64,000 bases of DNA from Kiritimatiellia bacterium (GTDB taxonomy: Bacteria; Verrucomicrobiota; Kiritimatiellia; RFP12; UBA1067). The notes below the pieces were generated by a model, which was given only the letters and a program-made list of their open reading frames with translations, ran no database searches and was not told where the DNA came from. The position numbers were made by a program, and so were the translations under genes. The stretch covers positions 32,001-96,000 of the forward strand of contig JBMNFY010000011.1 in NCBI GenBank assembly GCA_050949565.1. Reading direction: 5' to 3'. Shown here piece after piece: positions 1 through 8,999 of this stretch; position 1 is the stretch's first letter; each line of letters begins with the position of its first letter.

Positions 1-2889
1 GCCCTCCGCATCGCCATACTGCCCCTGCTCCAGCCGGATCGTGCCCATGATAAAGTTGGCGTAGGGATGCTCCGGCCTTTGGCGCAGGATGGTAAGCGCG
101 CGCGCCTCGGCCGTTCGCCGATCCTCTAGCGACACATCCAGCGTCAACAACACATCCAGCAGCGCCTGAACATCGGGACGGATCAGCGCCGCGCGCTGGA
201 AGCACAGCCGCGCATTTTTGAGTCCTTGCTTGCCCTTGCTCTGCCAGACACGCCCCTGAATCACTTGTGTAAAGTAACCATCCTGGTCCTTGCTGATCTT
301 GGTCAGGCGCGGCAGCACCTTGGTCTCGACCGCGCCGATGTCATCCTGCTCGATCATCGCCATCGCCAGCATCGCCAGCGTCATCGGCGTGGCATCAGGC
401 TCCTCCGCCATCTCCTGCAACAGCACGCGAGCGCGCGACAGGTCACCCGACACCAGATAAAGCGCCGCCCAATCCTGCCGCAACTGGCGTCGCGGCGCAC
501 CGGCCTTCTCGCCGTTTTCCAAGATGGCGCGCGCCTCATCCACAATACTGCGTTGCAGTGCGAGGCGTGCCAGTCCAGAAATCGCAAAGGTATTCTTAGG
601 GTCGCGTTCAAGCGCCTTCTTATACTCGGCGGCACTCTGTTTGAAGTCACCGCGCATTTCGTAGAGCGAGGCCATCATCGCGGAGAGCGCCGCGCGTTTC
701 TGCTCGTCCTGCTGCATGGCATACGCACCGCGCAAGCCGGCCAGCACTGATCCGGGGCTGCTCGACAACGCCCACTGCCACCCCATGCGCACAAACAGCT
801 CAACATTGCGCACATAACCGTAATGGCGGCTGAGTGACCAGAGCGGATAGCGATCACGGCCGTGCTCCACCTTGTCGCGAAGTTGGCGCTCGATCGTCTC
901 TTTCATCTCGGGGTGCATTCCGCGCGCCACCGCGTCAAAGAGATTCAGCAAAGCGCTGATGTTGTCGGGATAGATCTCGCGCGCCTTGAGATACGCCTCA
1001 AAGGCCGCTTCCGGCTGCTTCAAATCATCAAGCGTCACCCCCGCATTGTTTGCAACAAACGCCATGTGGCGCAACAGGGCCACGCGGTAGCGGTAGCCTA
1101 ACTGACGCGGCTTGCCCTCGCCCCACTCAACAAATGGCTGCCAGCGCGTCCAAAAGGCCCGGTGCGACTCTAGCAACTTATCCGCCGCGATGTCCTCTGT
1201 GCGCGACGCGGCACCGTAAAACAACCGGTCCGGCACTGGCACCAGTCCCGCGCCGTACCACAGATCCGGCAACCCCATGCAGATTGCCTTATCTGCCATT
1301 GCCGTGTCTGCCGAGAAGAGGTCGTCGATAAAGAGATGGAAGCTGTACGCCAACAGGCTCTCGGCGCGCAGACGTGCGCGTTCGCTGAAGCGCGTGTCGG
1401 CCGTGAACGTCCGGCGCACCGCGTCCGTATAATGCGTCTCGCGCGCCCGATACGGACAGAGCAGATGCACGGTCTGCCCGCGCTCCCGTGCGCGGATCAA
1501 CAGATTAGCGTCGATGATCCCGTTCGCCACCACCCAGTCGCGCTGTCCCAGTCCGTCCAGCACCTCATCCGCAGCGCGATCAGCGAAAGCCCCGTTATCG
1601 GCCACCAGCCAGCGGACGTTTAACACGCCCGCCACCAGAATAGCCACGACCAGTATTGGCATCGCCATCAGCCCGACACCACGACCGGCATTAAATAGGA
1701 TTGTCGTAGATCGGGCCAGCGGATGCGGCAACGGGGGTTCGTCATCATCCTCTTTGTCGAATGGGATCTCGACATCCACCGGGTCGTCAAGCAGAGCTAG
1801 GGCGCGCCACGAGGCGGTGAGCAGTGCGATCCCAACACCGGCAATCAGATAGGTCGCGGCCGGAACGACGCCCGCCTTCGCAACCACCCCCCACGGCCCG
1901 AAGGGAACGTTAAAGAGCAGCAGCAGGGCAAAAATGGTAAGCACGAGACTTAATATGAAGGCGCTCCACGAACGGCGATTATCCAGCGAGCGAAGCGCCG
2001 CAAAAAAGCTCAATGCCGCTGAACCGAGTCCCAGCACGAAGACCGGGAACCACAAATGCTCAGGGAACATCTGGCCAATCGCCTGCGCCTGCTCACGCAA
2101 CACCGATACCGTCACGTGCAGCATCGCTTGGAGCGTCACCTCCAAGCCCCGGCTCAGCACAAACTGCCGTGCGGCGAACGCATGCACACCGGCCAGCGCC
2201 AAAGCCGCCAGCACAGCCGTACCAAACAGACGGCCGACCCGGCACCACTCGAGCTTCCACTCCACGACCACGGCGAAAACCGCCATCACCGGCAAGGCCA
2301 CCAGAAACAGCGGCGACTCGGCCATACCCGCGCCATACAGAAGGCCAAAGAACAGTAGCCACACGGTGCGCTTCGAACGCGCGTAGACGGTCAGCAGGTG
2401 CGCACAGGCCATCAGCAACGCCACGTCGAAGATTTGCGGCTGAAACCGCGTAGCCGCCTGCCAGACCGGCAGGCTGAGACCGACCGCCAGCGCCGCCACC
2501 CAGCCCGCAAAGCGTGCGTTGCGTGAGGCATGCGTCACTGCGGACTCTTCGCGCATGGCCTCGAAAACAACAAACCAGACCACCTTGAACGTCCATCCGA
2601 CCGCGAGTGCGCCGGCCACCGCCGCCATCAGGTTCAAACGGAGTGGCAGAGAGAGCCAAGGCAGACGCACAACGTGTCCGGCCGCCCACATGAGGAGCGG
2701 GTGCGACGGCACTTCGCGCACATCCAGGCCCGCCGCCCACGCGATCCATGTGGCCGAGGCTCCTGGAAACGCATAATCAAGCGCCGTCGCCGCATAGAGC
2801 GCCAGCGCCGCCAGGGTCAGGAGCCAAAAAGAAACGCGCGACCGTCGCAGCCGGCCGCGCGTGATGGGACGAAACTCAAGAAACAGCAT
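1..2889 (-). CDS. DUF2723/TMEM260-like multi-pass membrane protein (GT-C-like) with C-terminal TPR repeats; runs off the window edge
   Basis: Not in the ORF track because no stop lies in the window. Manual translation from ATG 2889 gives MLFLEFRP...LALYAATALDYAFPG...HPLL...LRLNLMAAVAGALAV...WQAAT, about 10 hydrophobic helices, then TPR-like repeats (EAAFEAYLKAREIYPDN, AAEYKKALERDPKN). Frame is open to base 1. Confidence 0.75.
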   Translation of the reverse strand, partial: MLFLEFRPITRGRLRRSRVSFWLLTLAALALYAATALDYAFPGASATWIAWAAGLDVREVPSHPLLMWAAGHVVRLPWLSLPLRLNLMAAVAGALAVGWTFKVVWFVVFEAMREESAVTHASRNARFAGWVAALAVGLSLPVWQAATRFQPQIFDVALLMACAHLLTVYARSKRTVWLLFFGLLYGAGMAESPLFLVALPVMAVFAVVVEWKLEWCRVGRLFGTAVLAALALAGVHAFAARQFVLSRGLEVTLQAMLHVTVSVLREQAQAIGQMFPEHLWFPVFVLGLGSAALSFFAALRSLDNRRSWSAFILSLVLTIFALLLLFNVPFGPWGVVAKAGVVPAATYLIAGVGIALLTASWRALALLDDPVDVEIPFDKEDDDEPPLPHPLARSTTILFNAGRGVGLMAMPILVVAILVAGVLNVRWLVADNGAFADRAADEVLDGLGQRDWVVANGIIDANLLIRARERGQTVHLLCPYRARETHYTDAVRRTFTADTRFSERARLRAESLLAYSFHLFIDDLFSADTAMADKAICMGLPDLWYGAGLVPVPDRLFYGAASRTEDIAADKLLESHRAFWTRWQPFVEWGEGKPRQLGYRYRVALLRHMAFVANNAGVTLDDLKQPEAAFEAYLKAREIYPDNISALLNLFDAVARGMHPEMKETIERQLRDKVEHGRDRYPLWSLSRHYGYVRNVELFVRMGWQWALSSSPGSVLAGLRGAYAMQQDEQKRAALSAMMASLYEMRGDFKQSAAEYKKALERDPKNTFAISGLARLALQRSIVDEARAILENGEKAGAPRRQLRQDWAALYLVSGDLSRARVLLQEMAEEPDATPMTLAMLAMAMIEQDDIGAVETKVLPRLTKISKDQDGYFTQVIQGRVWQSKGKQGLKNARLCFQRAALIRPDVQALLDVLLTLDVSLEDRRTAEARALTILRQRPEHPYANFIMGTIRLEQGQYGDAEG

Positions 2890-2898
2890 GGTTCGTCT

Positions 2899-3396
2899 TT
2901 ACATGTGCTTCCTGCGCCGTAGCGCCGCCACCGCCGCGCCGACCACCAGAAGCATGGCTGTGCTAGGTTCGGGAACCGGTGCCCAACCTGTAAAGGAGTT
3001 GGGCGTGAAGTAGTCCGTGATAATGTCGAACTCGCTGGTGCTGATCGACGCCGTATCGTTCCACGCCAACGAAGACTGACTAACCGCATATTGACCATCC
3101 GTGTAGTTGAACAGCACGACGTAATAGGCACCCGCGTTGCGCGTGGTCGCGTCGGTCGTCTCCTGCGGGAAAAGGGTCGTGCCCTCGAATGCATTCACGT
3201 TCCACGCAAGTGACTCAACACCCGGCGACCAGACGTTGTTGTTGATCGAAGGCGCATTACCATCGGCCACATAGACCAAGCTGGCGTACTCCGTGCCTGT
3301 CGGAACGCTCTCCGCCGCCCAACCGATGACCACAGCCTGCGAGGCCAGAACACCGGTCAAGAACACCAAGCATGCCGTCAAAACTGTCTTATTCAT
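2899..3396 (-). CDS. PEP-CTERM sorting-domain protein
   Basis: Signal peptide; C-terminus VPEPSTAMLLVVGAAVAALRRRK has the PEP motif, TM helix and basic tail. Confidence 0.92.
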   Translation of the reverse strand: MNKTVLTACLVFLTGVLASQAVVIGWAAESVPTGTEYASLVYVADGNAPSINNNVWSPGVESLAWNVNAFEGTTLFPQETTDATTRNAGAYYVVLFNYTDGQYAVSQSSLAWNDTASISTSEFDIITDYFTPNSFTGWAPVPEPSTAMLLVVGAAVAALRRRKHM

Positions 3397-3423
3397 AACT
3401 TTATCCCTCGTGTCCTTTCAGGC

Positions 3424-4233
3424 TTATTCGCCATCAGGCTTGAAAGTAAACGTCCCGTTGCCGGAACGGCGATAGTACCAGAAACCCTGACCGGCGGGAA
3501 TGTCGGCGGCGGGCAACGCAATGCCTCCCGTCGTCGTGACCCACTTGCCGTTGAACTGCGTCTTGGAGCCACCGGTGTAGTAGTGGTAGGTGGTGTAATA
3601 GGTGCCGTCACCCTTGCTCACCAAGATGCGGTCGGTTGTCGCGCTAATTCCGTTCGCGCCGACCGCTCCAGCCCAGTCGAGATCATTGAGGTCAAACGCT
3701 GTTAATCCCGCATAGCTGATCAGGTTCAACCCCTCGCCGATGGTGGTGGACTGCTTCGCCGTAGAAACCTGGCCTTTGACGTAGACCGAAGAACCGGCTC
3801 CAGCGGTCCGCTTGATCCAGAATCCTTGACCACGCGCGATATCAAAGGTACTGGCGGCGGGCGGAGTCAACTCCTTCTTCGTTCCGTCCGGCATCAACTG
3901 CTCCGTGGTGATCGGGGTCCAGCCGACGCCGGTTTGGTTGTAGTAATAGTAGTAGATTGGACCCGTGGCGTCGGTCGTGAGCACCACCAACTGATCGGCG
4001 CTGCCCGGATCGCTGGCGTGGGTCAGCCCGTAGGTTGCAACCAAGTCGCTCAGCTTGCTGGCCACACCGGCCTGCATGCAGGCCTCAAACGGCACCGCGA
4101 CGATCGTGTTCTTGGCGGCGGCCGCCGGGATTTCAACGAACCCGACCACATTGGTTCCTTCGACCGGATCCATCGCCGCATGCACGAGACCGGCTGCCGC
4201 AACTACCGCAAAAGTTATCCATCCTTTTTTCAT
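3424..4233 (-). CDS. Secreted protein with internal duplication (GQGFW motif twice)
   Basis: Signal peptide; NVVGFV, IARGQGFWIKR and IPAGQGFWYYRR motifs; tight operon spacing. Confidence 0.75.
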   Translation of the reverse strand: MKKGWITFAVVAAAGLVHAAMDPVEGTNVVGFVEIPAAAAKNTIVAVPFEACMQAGVASKLSDLVATYGLTHASDPGSADQLVVLTTDATGPIYYYYYNQTGVGWTPITTEQLMPDGTKKELTPPAASTFDIARGQGFWIKRTAGAGSSVYVKGQVSTAKQSTTIGEGLNLISYAGLTAFDLNDLDWAGAVGANGISATTDRILVSKGDGTYYTTYHYYTGGSKTQFNGKWVTTTGGIALPAADIPAGQGFWYYRRSGNGTFTFKPDGE

Positions 4234-4258
4234 GGCATTCCCTTTCTAGCCTGCTCGC

Positions 4259-5014
4259 TTACTGCGCGATCACCTTGAAAAAGCGTACTGTGTCACCGGC
4301 CGGCACCTCGACGGCCGCCGGCAACTCCGCACCCGACTCACCCTGCACGAGCGTCTGAGCAGAGACCTGCACACGGCTCGCCACGGTCTGCCAACCGTCA
4401 TTCAGGGAGGTCGCACTCTGCACCTGATAAAGTGCCTTGTCAGAGACATTCTTGATGCGCAGGTTCACACGGCCGTTGCCCGCCTGCATCGAGGCGATCT
4501 CCGGCTGAGGTGTCCCCTCGGGAGACGACGTCGATCCAGCAGCGCTGAGCCCTCCCCCGGCGGCGGCCGTACCGCCTACGGTGCCGAGGCTGAGCGCGGA
4601 AGCCGTACCGCTTGCGGCGCTCGCACCCTGCGCGGCGACCAGACCGCCGATCGCCCCGTCGGCCTTGCGCGTATCGAGCAGGACAATCACCCACGCGCCG
4701 CCTTCCGGATAGGTCGCGGCCGAGTACTGGATGGCCTTATATCCGCACTTGGCCCCCTCTACCGCCTGCCCGGTGGTGGCGATCACGTTGTTGTCAGGAT
4801 CGACCAGCGAACCATCGGTATAGACACCGCCGAAAACCTGACCCTGCTTGACATACACCAGCAGGTAAGTCTCACCGACCAAGACAGACGTCCCGTCGGC
4901 ATAGGTATCGGGTCCGGGCGTGGACATCGCGAGCGTCCGCTGATCCTTCACCTCCGCCCCGAACATCGTGGTTGCCACGAGCAACCCACTGAACACTAAA
5001 AGCGCTTTTTTCAT
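4259..5014 (-). CDS. Secreted protein with Ala/Gly/Ser linker and C-terminal YQVQ..W..RFFKV domain
   Basis: Signal peptide MKKALLVF; AAGGAG RBS upstream; low-complexity linker. Confidence 0.75.
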   Translation of the reverse strand: MKKALLVFSGLLVATTMFGAEVKDQRTLAMSTPGPDTYADGTSVLVGETYLLVYVKQGQVFGGVYTDGSLVDPDNNVIATTGQAVEGAKCGYKAIQYSAATYPEGGAWVIVLLDTRKADGAIGGLVAAQGASAASGTASALSLGTVGGTAAAGGGLSAAGSTSSPEGTPQPEIASMQAGNGRVNLRIKNVSDKALYQVQSATSLNDGWQTVASRVQVSAQTLVQGESGAELPAAVEVPAGDTVRFFKVIAQ

Positions 5015-5035
5015 CGTGTGTCTCCTTGAGATAGC

Positions 5036-6220
5036 TTAGGGAACGATGTATGGTTTGAAATACCGATATCCGCCGCTCGGAATCGTGTAGGTGTAGGTCG
5101 CCGCGCCGCCGGTGAAGTTGGCGAACGAAGGCGTGATCGCACCATCCAGCAATGTCCAATTAACATCGGTAACATCCACCTTCCCGTAAATCTGGACCCG
5201 TCCGTTGATCTTACCGGTTTTAACCGCGTTATTGACCTTCAAGGAAAGCGTCAAGGCCAGCTCCGTCGGCGAGGTCATTTCGATCTTCGAGATGCCGAAG
5301 TCGTAGCCCTCAACCTTCGTGACCGCATTCCCGCCGATACTGTCCAGCAGGTAGGCCTGATTGATCTGCGCCTGTGAGAGATCGCTCAAACCGCCCTGTC
5401 CCGTCACGTTGCCGTCGCTCAGCCAAGCGTTGACCCGCGTGAGTTCCTCGTCCGACAGCGAGGTGGGCGCCGGCAGTGTCGGCACGGCCTGTGTCGGCCC
5501 CGGCACCACGTAGGCCGGATCGCCGTGGCTGACGTACAGGTTGTCGATCATCCCCGTGCCGTAGAAGTTAACCGACGCCAATGTGTTCGCCGCGCCGGCG
5601 TTTCTGACGGCCAGATCCGTGAAGACCGGGGCGTCGTTCAGCAGCACATCGAATTTGTTGTCCTGAAGCTTGACGGTCACTTGGTACCACATGTTGGTGT
5701 CGAGCGCCGCCGCGTTGGTTGTGGCTCCGTCGCCGTGCACCACCACCAGCTTGGCATCGGCTGTCAGGAAGAGCGCCATCTTGGAACTGGCCAGCAGGTC
5801 AGGGTCGGGCGCATTGACCAGCGGATCGAACTTCATGCGCAGGTCCACATAAACCGGCTTGCCGTTGAATGAGACCGCAGTGGCGTCCGCATAAGCCAAC
5901 GTGTTGGAGACCACTTCGCCGTCCGTCTCAAGTTGCAACACCTTGGAGTTTGTATCGAACCAGACGTTCGATCGCGCCGGCAGCCCGGTCATGGCGGGGA
6001 AGTCGTTGGACAGGACGTTATAGCCCGCCCTCGCCGCCCAGTCCGGAACAGCCGTCCCCTCGAACGCCTCCCGATAAGCGCCAGCCTGCATCGGGCTGAC
6101 GTTCCATGCTTGAGGAACCGTTGAATCTGCCGTCTGCGCGTTCCCGTGCAGAACGAGCGCGAGCGCACACGCGGCCCCCGCTCCGGCGATTCTCGCCAAC
6201 CTTGTTTTGGTAGACATCAT
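5036..6220 (-). CDS. Secreted protein, LamG/concanavalin-like core, C-terminus ending RYFKPYIVP
   Basis: Signal peptide; WYQVTVKL...FDVLLN...G.IDNLYV jelly-roll pattern. Confidence 0.7.
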   Translation of the reverse strand: MMSTKTRLARIAGAGAACALALVLHGNAQTADSTVPQAWNVSPMQAGAYREAFEGTAVPDWAARAGYNVLSNDFPAMTGLPARSNVWFDTNSKVLQLETDGEVVSNTLAYADATAVSFNGKPVYVDLRMKFDPLVNAPDPDLLASSKMALFLTADAKLVVVHGDGATTNAAALDTNMWYQVTVKLQDNKFDVLLNDAPVFTDLAVRNAGAANTLASVNFYGTGMIDNLYVSHGDPAYVVPGPTQAVPTLPAPTSLSDEELTRVNAWLSDGNVTGQGGLSDLSQAQINQAYLLDSIGGNAVTKVEGYDFGISKIEMTSPTELALTLSLKVNNAVKTGKINGRVQIYGKVDVTDVNWTLLDGAITPSFANFTGGAATYTYTIPSGGYRYFKPYIVP

Positions 6221-6288
6221 AGCTCGTCTCCATGCCGGATCCCTTGCGGAACCCCGTCAAAAAAAACTATTCCCAATCGTTACGGGGT

Positions 6289-6318
6289 AGTGTATCGCAA
6301 TTGACGGCCCCCCGACAA
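6289..6318 (-). promoter_or_regulatory. Putative sigma70 promoter for the secreted-protein/PEP-CTERM operon
   Basis: Minus strand reads TTGTCG-N18-TACACT about 70 nt upstream of the ATG at 6220. Confidence 0.4.
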
Positions 6319-6478
6319 GCGGAAAAAAACGAAATTTTTCGGAAAAACGCCCTGAAAAACTCAAACACCAAGTTTTTCTTGGCTATCGCCCGTCTATGAC
6401 CTCATGTAGAGGGCTTCAGCGCGGTATGACACACCTTCTTCTCCCTCAGGGGCGGCTCGCTCTGTCATTCAACTGATC

Positions 6479-7351
6479 TTATTGGACGTGACGACAGCGC
6501 GGATAATTGCTGCACCCCCAGAACTGGCTTCCAGCCTTGGCCCCTCGTCTTGCCGTACGCAGAACCATGTCGGCCCCGCATTTGGGGCACTGCCTTGTCT
6601 GCTGCGGCTCAGCGGACGTTGGCACTTCCGCACTTTCGACAACTTCGTCCTCAACGGTTTCTGGTCCCTGTTGGGCGGGACGCAGACTCTGGACGTATGC
6701 TTTGTGCTGACGGGCGGTCTTCCACCCTGGCGTAAGGCGATTCTCGCGGATCGCGGCTTCCACTGCCGTCACAGCCTCCACATCAAAAAGGATGTCTCGG
6801 TGGCTACTTATGTAGCGGACACAACTACCCGGATGCGTGACGTGCGTTGGAAGCTTATCTCGCGTCTTCAACGTACACTCGCCGGTGAAAACGATGACGG
6901 ACTTGACCTGCTCTTTGGACAGACCGAGCAGTTCTCGCAAACACTCCGTGTGCTTATAATTCTGCAATAGTGGATTCTGGAATTTCTGGCTGTGGCCACC
7001 ATGAATCTTCTGTGTCCACTGCCGGTCGTGCTCGCCACCGAATATCCAGCCTTTGTAATGTTTTGTCTCAACGACAAACACACCGTACGGGGAAACGACG
7101 ATGTGATCGATCTGCGTGGTGCCGCCCCGACCATCGGGGATTGTCACATTGTTGATAACTCGGTAAACATCTTTGGGCAGAGACAGCTTAAACCCCAAGC
7201 GCATCAGCATCTCGCCGAACCACCCTTTCACGCCGGGCATTCGAAAAATTGGCGTGAAAATCAATATCAGACCAACGAGGGTAAACAAGAGTGGATTCTG
7301 CGTCCATATTTGCCCAAACGACTTCATTGCTGCTTTTATCAGTTGATCCAT
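6479..7351 (-). CDS. NERD nuclease-related protein with N-terminal TM and C-terminal topoisomerase-type C4 zinc ribbon
   Basis: KGWFGE, TTQIDHIVVSPYGVFVVETKHYKGWIFG, FQNPLLQN; CPKCG...FWGCSNYPRC. Confidence 0.9.
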   Translation of the reverse strand: MDQLIKAAMKSFGQIWTQNPLLFTLVGLILIFTPIFRMPGVKGWFGEMLMRLGFKLSLPKDVYRVINNVTIPDGRGGTTQIDHIVVSPYGVFVVETKHYKGWIFGGEHDRQWTQKIHGGHSQKFQNPLLQNYKHTECLRELLGLSKEQVKSVIVFTGECTLKTRDKLPTHVTHPGSCVRYISSHRDILFDVEAVTAVEAAIRENRLTPGWKTARQHKAYVQSLRPAQQGPETVEDEVVESAEVPTSAEPQQTRQCPKCGADMVLRTARRGAKAGSQFWGCSNYPRCRHVQ

Positions 7352-7510
7352 CCCTCGTTCCTTCAGTTAATAATCAGATGACAGACTGAATAGATAATAT
7401 GACACGACCGCTTTCCCCTGTCAAACTGGAACCAGAAACCAAAATTCCGCGCGCGCGGTGGAAGTATTCTGCTTGATTATCGTGCGCCGGTTTTTCTATC
7501 ATCCCAAGCC

Positions 7511-8791
7511 ATGGCTATGAAAATTCTTGTTGTTGGTGGCGGCGGACGCGAGCATGCGATTGCGTGGCGGCTCGTGCGCGACACATCCCGCCCTGAGATT
7601 TTTTGCGCGCCGGGCAATGCCGGCACGGCATCTGATGCGTGCAACCTGCCGATCCAGGCCGATGATATCCCGGCCCTGCTGGCATGGGCACGAGAGCACC
7701 AACCGGACCTCACGGTGGTCGGCCCTGAAGCGCCGCTCTGCCTCGGCATTACCGACGCTTTCACCGCAGCCGGGCTGCGCGTCTTCGGCCCGCGCCAGGC
7801 CGCCGCGCAGATGGAGGGCAGCAAGCGTTTCGCCAAGGAGATCATGAACGCCGCTGGTGTGCCGACTGCCCGTGCGCTGGTCTTCGATGATGCCGAAGCC
7901 GCCGTGGCGGCACTCCCCTCTTTCTCCCTGCCGGTGGTGGTCAAAGCCGACGGTCTCGCCGCAGGCAAGGGCGTGGTGATCGCCCAAACCCATGATGAAG
8001 CGGCTGACGCAATCCGCTCGATGCTGGTGGACGCCGTCTTTGGCGCGGCTGGCGCAGAGATTCTGATTGAGGAGTTTCTGGAAGGCGAGGAGGCCTCGAT
8101 TCTCGCCCTGATCGATGGCGAGCACGCGGTGCTACTACCGCCATCGCAGGACCACAAGCGTGTCTTCAACGCCGATCAAGGCCCCAACACCGGCGGCATG
8201 GGAGCCTACTCGCCGGCGCCGGTGGTCACCCCCGATCTGTTACCGACCATCAAAGAGCGGATCATCCTGCCGGTCGTGCGCGAACTGCGCCAGCGCGGTA
8301 TCGTTTACAAGGGCGTGCTCTACGCCGGACTGATGATCGGCCCCAAGGGCATCTCCGTTCTGGAGTTCAACGCGCGTTTCGGCGATCCCGAGACCGAGGC
8401 CGTGCTGCCCCGTATCGGCGGCGACCTCATCCCCGCGCTCGAAGCCTGCATCGACGGCACGCTGACCGACGCGCATGTGCAGGTCCGCCCTGAAGCCGCA
8501 GCCACCGTGATCCTGGCCTCCGGCGGCTACCCTGGATCCTACCGTAAGGGTCTCCCCATCTCCGGACTCGATCAGGCCGCCGCTGCAGATGACGCCATCG
8601 TCTTCCACGCGGGCACCGCGTTGAAGGACGGCCAGATCGTTACCGCAGGCGGACGCGTACTCGCCGTCACCGCGCTGGGTGCCGATCTGCGTGCCGCCGT
8701 GGGTCGCGCTTATGAGGCTGCGGCCAAGATTCACTTTGATGGCGTACACTATCGCACGGATATCGCCCACCGCGCTTTTGACCGGGGATAA
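7511..8791 (+). CDS. purD: Phosphoribosylamine--glycine ligase
   Basis: GGGGREHA, APGNAG, VVGPEAPL, EGSKRFAK, KADGLAAGKGV, QDHKR, GPNTGGMGAY, EFNARFGDPE. Confidence 0.98.
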   Translation: MAMKILVVGGGGREHAIAWRLVRDTSRPEIFCAPGNAGTASDACNLPIQADDIPALLAWAREHQPDLTVVGPEAPLCLGITDAFTAAGLRVFGPRQAAAQMEGSKRFAKEIMNAAGVPTARALVFDDAEAAVAALPSFSLPVVVKADGLAAGKGVVIAQTHDEAADAIRSMLVDAVFGAAGAEILIEEFLEGEEASILALIDGEHAVLLPPSQDHKRVFNADQGPNTGGMGAYSPAPVVTPDLLPTIKERIILPVVRELRQRGIVYKGVLYAGLMIGPKGISVLEFNARFGDPETEAVLPRIGGDLIPALEACIDGTLTDAHVQVRPEAAATVILASGGYPGSYRKGLPISGLDQAAAADDAIVFHAGTALKDGQIVTAGGRVLAVTALGADLRAAVGRAYEAAAKIHFDGVHYRTDIAHRAFDRG

Positions 8792-8817
8792 CAGACAAGA
8801 CCCTTGAAATAACCCTC

Positions 8818-8930
8818 GTGGCATGGGCGTCCATTCCATGTGAAACACGGGCAAGATGCCCGTGCCACGCGTGAAACACGGGCAAGATGCCCGTGCCACG
8901 TATGAAACACGGGCAAGATGCCCGTGCCAC
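8818..8930. repeat. REP-like palindrome cluster: 3 tandem 28-bp TGAAACACGGGCAAGATGCCCGTGCCAC units (period 31) plus one degenerate inverted copy
   Basis: Units start at 8841, 8872 and 8903; internal hairpin CACGGGCA-AGA-TGCCCGTG; same unit at 30371. Confidence 0.9.
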
Positions 8931-8999
8931 ACCTGCAGCACTCAACTATCGACGCTCGGGAGGGATTCCCGAACGTTCTTTCAACAGGAGACCTCACAC

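Noticed and set aside
226-2922. Many short track ORFs in the first 2.9 kb
   Set aside because: All overlap one uninterrupted minus-strand TM/TPR gene that the track omitted because it runs off the edge.
6394-6468. Possible 24-aa minus-strand ORF (MTERAAPEGEEG...) or small RNA after the NERD gene
   Set aside because: No clear RBS, homology or recognisable RNA fold.
8841-8930. CRISPR-like look of the 28-bp palindromic repeats
   Set aside because: Units are separated by only 3 nt, with no unique spacers and no cas genes.
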